Below the pieces are notes generated by a model, which was given only the letters and a program-made list of their open reading frames with translations, made no database searches and was not told the origin of the DNA. From positions 1 through 55,992 of the forward strand of contig JABDNS010000049.1 of the NCBI GenBank assembly GCA_013043705.1: a stretch of 55,992 nucleotides of DNA, in the 5' to 3' direction. How positions within the stretch are numbered: position 1 is the first letter of the stretch; each line of letters begins with the position of its first letter. Below are positions 49,630 through 55,992 of the stretch, one piece after another. A program made the translations under genes and the position numbers. The DNA comes from Pseudomonadales bacterium. Lineage in GTDB: Bacteria; Pseudomonadota; Gammaproteobacteria; Pseudomonadales; UBA7434.

Positions 49630-50505
49630 ATGAGTAATCTCAAGCCCGTTATAGAGGCGCCGTTAACGCAAAACTTGAAGCCGCTCTCCGTGTACTGGGC
49701 GGAGCGTGGCCTGCCGCACCGTATCGTCGAAAAGTCGGGCCAGCAACTGGTGCTGGCGCCCGACAACCAAAGCATAGAAACGCTACGCGAGACGTACCGC
49801 GCTTTTAGCAGTGGCGAGCTTGAGATAACACTTGTAAAGCAAGAGCAAGCGGCGCGCCCTGGGCTGCTTAGCTATTTTTCAAAGTATCCGGTAACACTCA
49901 CGCTGTTTTTTTTGAGTGTAGGCGGGTTTTTTGCTACCTACTTTAACTTGCAGCCAATTGTAGACCTGCTGGTTATACAGGGCACCGATACCGGTGCGTT
50001 GAGCCAGCGGCTGGATTTACCAGCGCGTATTTCCACCGAAGAGTATCTCGCGCATGGCCAGTACTGGCGTTTGCTTACGCCCATTTTCCTGCATTTTGGC
50101 TGGGTTCATATTACGTTCAACATGCTGTGGCTGTGGGAATTGGGCAGGCGCATAGAGATTCAGGGCGGTTCGCTTCACTTGCTCAGTGTGGTTTGTTTTA
50201 TTGGCATTGCATCGAATTTGTACCAGGCCGAAAGCACGCCGCTGGCCACTTTTGGCGGTATGTCCGGCGTTATTTATGGCTTGCTGGGTTATTGCGCGGT
50301 GTTTACCTTAATTAATCCGCAGCGAGCCCTGCAGTTGCCGATGGGAATTTATGTGCTGATGTTGCTTAGCCTGGCGATTGGCTTTTCTGGCATGCTGGAT
50401 TTTGTTGCACGCATGGCCAACGTCGCTCATCTTTCCGGGTTGATATTTGGCGTTGTTATTGCCGTGCCCAGTGCGCTGCTATCCAGGATGGCGCCTGCGA
50501 AGTAA
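49630..50505 (+). CDS. glpG: Rhomboid intramembrane serine protease
   Basis: WRLLTPIFLHF...HITFNMLW, catalytic GMSG, ANVAHLSGL. Confidence 0.92.
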   Translation: MSNLKPVIEAPLTQNLKPLSVYWAERGLPHRIVEKSGQQLVLAPDNQSIETLRETYRAFSSGELEITLVKQEQAARPGLLSYFSKYPVTLTLFFLSVGGFFATYFNLQPIVDLLVIQGTDTGALSQRLDLPARISTEEYLAHGQYWRLLTPIFLHFGWVHITFNMLWLWELGRRIEIQGGSLHLLSVVCFIGIASNLYQAESTPLATFGGMSGVIYGLLGYCAVFTLINPQRALQLPMGIYVLMLLSLAIGFSGMLDFVARMANVAHLSGLIFGVVIAVPSALLSRMAPAK

Positions 50506-50578
50506 TATTAGCGAGTGTTTTGAAAACGCCTATATCCAGAGAAGCCAACTCTTACAAGACAGCTATGAAAAACTAACT

Positions 50579-50872
50579 ATGACAAACGATACTTTTTCCA
50601 GTAGAGCCTCAGAGCTTGATGCTGTTCAATACCAGAACTTTTTGCGGGCAGTTGAAACAGGCAAATGGCCAGATGGTAAACCCGTGCAGGACAAGCAAAA
50701 GGCGTTGATGCTGCAGGCGATTATCATTTTTGAAAACCAACACCTTCCGCCTGAGCAAAGAAGTGGCTTTATGCCCGACGCCTGCGCTTCCAATAGTCAA
50801 CGCGAAGCAGCTGTAAAAGACAAGACCGATAACAGCAATGTCATTATCTCTTCGGGCAAGGCGGGCAATTAG
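50579..50872 (+). CDS. YeaC/DUF1315 family protein
   Basis: Y.....AVETGKWPDG, QA.I.FE...LP..QR.G.M...C. Confidence 0.85.
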   Translation: MTNDTFSSRASELDAVQYQNFLRAVETGKWPDGKPVQDKQKALMLQAIIIFENQHLPPEQRSGFMPDACASNSQREAAVKDKTDNSNVIISSGKAGN

Positions 50873-50903
50873 TGCGAGAAAAAAATTATGTGTAGAGGGA
50901 AGT

Positions 50904-51743
50904 ATGCCAGGCTTTAGCGGCGGGTTGCGCAAAATGCGTGTGGCAATCGACGATGCCGACGCCGCCGTTGCGCAATACACGCTGGTATTGGGTGAGCACG
51001 AGCTGCCGCTTAACGAGCTCGTCGGTAAGCCTTTCACCCTTAATTACGAGGGTGCCATTCATTGCATTCACTGTAACCGCAAGACCAGCAAGAGTTTTAA
51101 CCAGGGCTATTGCTATCCGTGCTTTCGCTCGCTGGCGCAATGCGACCAGTGTATTGTTAGCCCCGAAAAGTGTCACTACCATTTAGGCACTTGCCGCGAA
51201 CCCGAGTGGGCTGATAAATTTTGCATGCAGGATCACTATGTCTACCTTGCGAATTCTTCTGGCCTGAAAGTTGGCATTACGCGCGGCAACCAGATTCCAA
51301 CGCGTTGGATAGACCAAGGTGCAGTGCAGGCGTTGCCATTATTTCGCGTTACGTCAAGACGTATGGCGGGGCTGGTTGAAACCTTGTGCAAAGCGCATGT
51401 TGCGGATAAAACCAACTGGCGTGCCATGCTCAAAGGCGTGCCAGAACCAGTCGACCTGCAAGGCGAAGCCCGCACACTACTAGGCAGCATAAAGCATGAG
51501 CTTGCCGAGCTGCACAAGGAGTTTGGCATTCAGGCCATCACCGAATTGGACTCAGCGGAGCCGGTCAATATCGCCTATCCAGTGCTCGCTTATCCGGCCA
51601 AGGTCACCTCGCACAATTTCGATAAAAACCCGCAGGTGGCCGGGCAACTGCAGGGCATAAAAGCGCAATACCTTATCTTTGACACCGGCGTAATCAATTT
51701 ACGCAAGTTTGGTGGCTACCAGGTAAGCGCAGAGTTTGGCTGA
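50904..51743 (+). CDS. DUF2797 family protein
   Basis: CIHC.RKT.KSFNQGYCYPC, CD.CI..PEKCH, HYVYLANSSG.KVGITR, RWIDQGA. Confidence 0.88.
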   Translation: MPGFSGGLRKMRVAIDDADAAVAQYTLVLGEHELPLNELVGKPFTLNYEGAIHCIHCNRKTSKSFNQGYCYPCFRSLAQCDQCIVSPEKCHYHLGTCREPEWADKFCMQDHYVYLANSSGLKVGITRGNQIPTRWIDQGAVQALPLFRVTSRRMAGLVETLCKAHVADKTNWRAMLKGVPEPVDLQGEARTLLGSIKHELAELHKEFGIQAITELDSAEPVNIAYPVLAYPAKVTSHNFDKNPQVAGQLQGIKAQYLIFDTGVINLRKFGGYQVSAEFG

Positions 51744-51783
51744 ATGCATGCAAACAATTACGTAAACAATAGCGGAGCAGCAA

Positions 51784-54486
51784 GTGGCAGATAAGCGCGT
51801 ACAAGCAGATCTTGAGCAGGGTGTAACAAACAAACCCTCGGCAATTTTGCGCTCGGATTACGCGGCGCCTGCCTACCAGGTTGACAAAGTCGATTTATCT
51901 TTCGAGCTGTTTGACGAAAAAACGGTGGTTAGCAATACCATGCAGCTGCGCCGTGTTGGCTCTGCGGATGCGCCACTGCAGCTGGATGGCGAACAACTCG
52001 AATTAACCGAGCTTGTTTTAAACGGCCAGCCTTTACCGGCGCAGTCTTACCTTCAAGATGATCATTCATTAACAATCGATACGCTGCCCGAAAAATTCGA
52101 ACTGCGCATCGTTTGCGAAATTGATCCTGCGCGCAACCTGGCGCTGGAAGGCCTGTACATGTCAGATGGCATGTACTGCACGCAATGTGAGGCCGAGGGT
52201 TTTCGCCGGATTACTTATTACCTCGATCGACCCGATGTGATGAGTGTATTCACAACGCGTATTACGGCGCAGCGTAGTCGCTTCCCTGTGTTATTGGCGA
52301 ACGGCAATAAGACCGCACAGGGTGATTTGGAAGATGGCCGGCATTGGGTTGAATGGCATGATCCATTCAAAAAGCCCTGTTATCTTTTTGCAATGGTGGC
52401 TGGCGAGCTGGCGGTAGTCGAAGATAGTTTTCAAACTGTTTCGGGTCGTGACGTGGCGTTACAAATATTTGCAGAACAAAAAGACCTACCCAAATGTAAG
52501 CACGCCATGCGCTCGCTGAAGGCTGCTATGCGCTGGGATGAACAGAAATACGGCAGGGAGTACGACCTCGACCTGTATATGATCGTTGCGGTTGATTTCT
52601 TCAATATGGGCGCGATGGAAAACAAAGGGCTGAATATATTCAATACGTCCTGCGTTTTGGCTGAGCAACGCACCCAAACCGACGCGGCATTCCAGCGCGT
52701 TGAAGCGGTTATTGCGCACGAGTACTTTCACAATTGGTCGGGTAACCGGGTTACTTGCCGCGACTGGTTCCAGCTTAGTTTAAAGGAGGGTTTTACGGTT
52801 TTTCGCGATGCCTGTTTTTCGGCGGATATGAATTCTCCAACCGTCAAGCGGATTGAAGATGTAAGCCTGCTGCGCTCGGCCCAGTTCGCCGAGGACGCCG
52901 GGCCAATGGCGCATCCGGTTCGCCCGGACTCGTTTATCGAAATTTCCAACTTTTATACCTTAACCATCTACGAGAAGGGCGCCGAAGTCATTCGCATGAT
53001 GCGTACGCTGTTGGGGCCAGAAAACTTTCGGCGTGGCGCGGATCTTTATTTTGAGCGGCACGATGGCCAGGCGGTAACGTGCGAGGATTTCATTGTTGCC
53101 ATGGAGGCCGCGAGTGGCGTAGACCTGGGCCAGTTCCGGCGCTGGTATTCGCAGGCGGGCACACCGGTTCTAAATGTGCAGGATGCATGGGACGAAGCGG
53201 CCGGGCGTTATGAAATTATCGTCAGTCAGCACTGCCCGGACACGCCTGGGCAATCCGGTAAGCTGCCCTTGCACATGCCATTGTCGATCGCGTTGTTAGA
53301 TGACAGCGGTGTAATTGAAGGCAGCGAACAGCTGTTGCAGCTGCAAGAGGCAACGCAACGCTTTGCTTTTGATGGCCTGCAGCAAAGGCCGGTGCCATCG
53401 CTGCTGCGCGGTTTCAGCGCGCCAGTCAAGCTCGAGTATCACTACAGCGACGCTGGGCTTTTACTGCTGTTGCACGGCGAGCAGGATGGATTCAGTCGCT
53501 GGGACGCCGGCCAGCGCTACATGCTGTTATTGATTCGCGGGCAGGTAACTGGCGAATTAAACCTGGAGCAGGGCGCGGGGCTAGAAAAGGTATCTGCATT
53601 AGTGTCGGTATTGCTGGGCGAGCTACAACTTGATGCAGACAAGCGCTGGCCGGCAACCCGTGATGCGGCTTTGGTGGCCCGCTTTATCGAAATACCCGAG
53701 TACAGCTATATAGCCGAGCAGTTCGAAGAAATTGATGCGCCGGCAATTACGGGTGCGGTGCGCACATTGCAACAGCAGTTGGCGGCAGCACTCGGTGCAC
53801 AGTGCAAGGCAGTTTACCATGCCTTGCGTGATTCGCTGGCCGAAATCGGCGCTTACCAGCCAGACGCTGCGCAAATAGGGCTTCGCAGTTTGAAAAATGC
53901 GGCGCTGGCCTATTGGCTGCGAAGCGGTGACAGCGATAGCGTGGCCGCTGCAGCAGCGCAATTTGCCAACGCCGATAACATGACCGACCAATACGCTGCG
54001 CTGTCCGCGATGGTTGCCTCCGGAAGTCGCACAGCAGAAGCCCCGGCGGCGCAAGCGCTAAACGATTTCTATGCTCAGTGGCACAGCGAGAGCCTGGTGG
54101 TAAACCAGTGGTTGAGCGTGCAGGTTGTTAACGATATCGACCCGGCATTAGACAATCTACGCAAGCTCCAGGCGCACAATGCTTACGACGATAGCAATCC
54201 GAACAAGGTCAGGGCCCTGGTAGGCGCATTTTGTATGCGCAACTTCCCGCGCTTCCACGCGCCAGGTGGGGCTGGCTACGAACTACTTGCCAGCGAGGTG
54301 CTCCGGCTGGATCCCGTCAACCCGCAGCTGGCGGCCCGGCTATTGGCCCCATTTGGGCTATGGCGGCGCTTTTCCGGCCAGCAGCGCCAGTTAATGCGCG
54401 ATAAGCTGCAGGCAATCGCCCGGGCGGATTTGTCGCCGGACGTTTTTGAGGTAGTATCGAAGTTGCTGGCCGAGCCCGGGCAGTAA
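51784..54486 (+). CDS. pepN: Aminopeptidase N
   Basis: TQCEAEGFRRITY, GAMENKGLN, HEYFHNW..KEG zinc motif, NPNKVRAL. Confidence 0.97.
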   Translation: MADKRVQADLEQGVTNKPSAILRSDYAAPAYQVDKVDLSFELFDEKTVVSNTMQLRRVGSADAPLQLDGEQLELTELVLNGQPLPAQSYLQDDHSLTIDTLPEKFELRIVCEIDPARNLALEGLYMSDGMYCTQCEAEGFRRITYYLDRPDVMSVFTTRITAQRSRFPVLLANGNKTAQGDLEDGRHWVEWHDPFKKPCYLFAMVAGELAVVEDSFQTVSGRDVALQIFAEQKDLPKCKHAMRSLKAAMRWDEQKYGREYDLDLYMIVAVDFFNMGAMENKGLNIFNTSCVLAEQRTQTDAAFQRVEAVIAHEYFHNWSGNRVTCRDWFQLSLKEGFTVFRDACFSADMNSPTVKRIEDVSLLRSAQFAEDAGPMAHPVRPDSFIEISNFYTLTIYEKGAEVIRMMRTLLGPENFRRGADLYFERHDGQAVTCEDFIVAMEAASGVDLGQFRRWYSQAGTPVLNVQDAWDEAAGRYEIIVSQHCPDTPGQSGKLPLHMPLSIALLDDSGVIEGSEQLLQLQEATQRFAFDGLQQRPVPSLLRGFSAPVKLEYHYSDAGLLLLLHGEQDGFSRWDAGQRYMLLLIRGQVTGELNLEQGAGLEKVSALVSVLLGELQLDADKRWPATRDAALVARFIEIPEYSYIAEQFEEIDAPAITGAVRTLQQQLAAALGAQCKAVYHALRDSLAEIGAYQPDAAQIGLRSLKNAALAYWLRSGDSDSVAAAAAQFANADNMTDQYAALSAMVASGSRTAEAPAAQALNDFYAQWHSESLVVNQWLSVQVVNDIDPALDNLRKLQAHNAYDDSNPNKVRALVGAFCMRNFPRFHAPGGAGYELLASEVLRLDPVNPQLAARLLAPFGLWRRFSGQQRQLMRDKLQAIARADLSPDVFEVVSKLLAEPGQ

Positions 54487-54512
54487 ACGCTTCCATAGCA
54501 AGGAGTCTTTTT

Positions 54513-54941
54513 GTGAGCCTTTCCCGGTTTGATCTGCTAAAACTCATCTTTGGTGGAGAAAAAATTCGCGAAGACAAGCGCCAGGCGCTATACGCTGAAA
54601 CGATGTTTATGGTGTTGTCTGGCGCTGCCAGGGCCGACCTGAATATTGAGCCAGTTGAGCTGAAGCGCATTCACAAAATTCTGCGAAACAAACTGGACCA
54701 GGATATCAGCGAGCACGATATACAGCTGGCTGGAGAAACCGAGCTTTTCGAAACCGCGCCTATTCAAAAATACGTGTCGCGTGCCAGCCGCTTTTTGACG
54801 GTAGAGCAACGCCAGGAGGTACTGCGCGCGATGATCGAAGTGTTTTTGTCCGACGGGGTGTTGGGGCCGCTTGAAAAAGCCTACTTCGATTCAATTGTTG
54901 ATGCCTTGCATCTCAAGCCCTCCGAGATGCTGGCGCTTTGA
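54513..54941 (+). CDS. TerB-like protein, copy 1
   Basis: ARADLNI..VE and SDG.L...E acidic motifs in a helical protein. AGGAG RBS. Confidence 0.75.
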   Translation: MSLSRFDLLKLIFGGEKIREDKRQALYAETMFMVLSGAARADLNIEPVELKRIHKILRNKLDQDISEHDIQLAGETELFETAPIQKYVSRASRFLTVEQRQEVLRAMIEVFLSDGVLGPLEKAYFDSIVDALHLKPSEMLAL

Positions 54942-55086
54942 TATTAACGGCGCTGCTTGTCGAGGGGCTAAGCGGTAGCGTGATGGCCATTTAAGCAGAA
55001 GCTAGCTACAATCCAAGGCGTTATCTTGGGTACCGGCGCGCAACAACTGCTTTCGCAAATCACTAAATTCCAGCGAGGAAATTATT

Positions 55087-55515
55087 GTGGCAACTTCCAT
55101 GTTTGGGCTTATTCAGGCCTTGTTTGGTGGCAATCAGATTTCAGAAGAAAAGCAGCAGGAAATTTTCGCCGAAACGCTTTTCATGGTGTTATCAGGTGCG
55201 ACCCGCGCTGACTTGAATATTGAGAGTGTTGAGGTTGAAAAGGTGAAGGCCATCCTTGAGCGCACGCTAAACCGCGAATACAGCCTTTCGGAAATTAAAC
55301 TTGCTGGCGAAACCGAGTTACTTGAAACAGCACCGATTCAGAAGTACGTAGATAAGGCCAGCAAAAAGTTATCGGTTGAGCAGCGCCAGCAAATATTGCA
55401 TGCCATGACCGAAGTTTTTCGCTCCGATGGTAGTATGGGCGTTTTGGAAACAGATTTTTATAACAAGATTGCAGGCGCTCTCTCGCTTACGCCCGCTCAA
55501 ATGCTGTGTACCTAG
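55087..55515 (+). CDS. TerB-like protein, copy 2
   Basis: Ungapped paralog of 54513-54941 (78/142 identical by manual count). Confidence 0.75.
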   Translation: MATSMFGLIQALFGGNQISEEKQQEIFAETLFMVLSGATRADLNIESVEVEKVKAILERTLNREYSLSEIKLAGETELLETAPIQKYVDKASKKLSVEQRQQILHAMTEVFRSDGSMGVLETDFYNKIAGALSLTPAQMLCT

Positions 55516-55516
55516 T

Positions 55517-55992
55517 GTGCCATTAAAAAATTATACTTTCGATAATCCGATTCTAAAGACAATATTGACGCGGAAAAGCATTGTTTGCCTGGTGCTGCTA
55601 CCAACGCTCGCACTTGTTTCCTGTTCTCCGCCAGACCAGCAGCAGGCTGAATCCGGGCAGGGCATGAAGGGCAACGAGTTGCGGCCACAAGCTGGCCTGC
55701 GTGTACCTACCTGGAAGCTCGCAAGCAAGGATTGGGCGCCGCATATTGCCCTGCAAGGCGAAATCAGTGCCGAATCGCCCATTCAATTGCAGGGCGCAAA
55801 TCATTCAAATTTGCTTGAAATGCTTGTCGCCGAAGGCACCGTAGTAAAACAGGGCGCTGTGCTGGCGAGGTCGCAAGATCCATTCAGTTCAACAGCGTTG
55901 CGGGCGGCACACGCGCGGCGTGATGCGTTAAAGCTTGAACTGCAGGCAACGTTGGCAAGCTGGAAACAATTGGTCGCTGGTGAGCAGCAGAG
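55517..55992 (+). CDS. RND efflux periplasmic adaptor (lipoprotein), 3'-truncated by window edge
   Basis: Open frame not in the ORF track. Lipobox-like LALVS-C, lipoyl-like LLEMLVAEGTVVKQGAVLA, then a coiled helix. Start 55517 (GTG) or 55565 (TTG). Confidence 0.72.
   Translation, partial: MPLKNYTFDNPILKTILTRKSIVCLVLLPTLALVSCSPPDQQQAESGQGMKGNELRPQAGLRVPTWKLASKDWAPHIALQGEISAESPIQLQGANHSNLLEMLVAEGTVVKQGAVLARSQDPFSSTALRAAHARRDALKLELQATLASWKQLVAGEQQ

Noticed and set aside
1-55992. CRISPR array, tRNA/rRNA, IS, integrase or T6SS genes
   Set aside because: No repeat-spacer array, tRNA signature, transposase/integrase or PAAR/VgrG/Hcp motif seen by eye.

Overview
Chromosomal window from a Gammaproteobacterium; gene content and order suggest a Pseudomonadales/Cellvibrionales-like lineage (inference). 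Most of it is core genome: nadC, DUF1631, ampD, Sfp-type PPTase, msrA, rsmE, rimO, pyrD, rlmKL, purU, a TonB-dependent receptor, a flagellar block fliEFGHIJ-hsbA-hsbR-hptB-fliK-fliLMNOPQR (no fleQSR before it, oxyR where flhB usually follows), a GGDEF-EAL protein, nadK, a rhomboid, pepN, two tandem TerB-like paralogs and a truncated RND adaptor. The first ~7.2 kb is accessory and the most interesting part. It appears to encode an Rhs/YD toxin split across two genes in reversed order, each with its own signal peptide. The C-half (466-3450) carries a dockerin-like N-terminal module, the Rhs core and a Cys-rich phospholipase A2-like tip. A membrane immunity candidate follows, then the N-half (DUF6531 plus the first YD repeats, 3830-5863). 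A possibly cohesin-like ORF lies upstream, and an Xre-RES toxin-antitoxin pair with an operator and probable leaderless promoter lies downstream. No rRNA, tRNA, CRISPR array or IS was seen. All family calls are from motif recognition by eye, not database searches.
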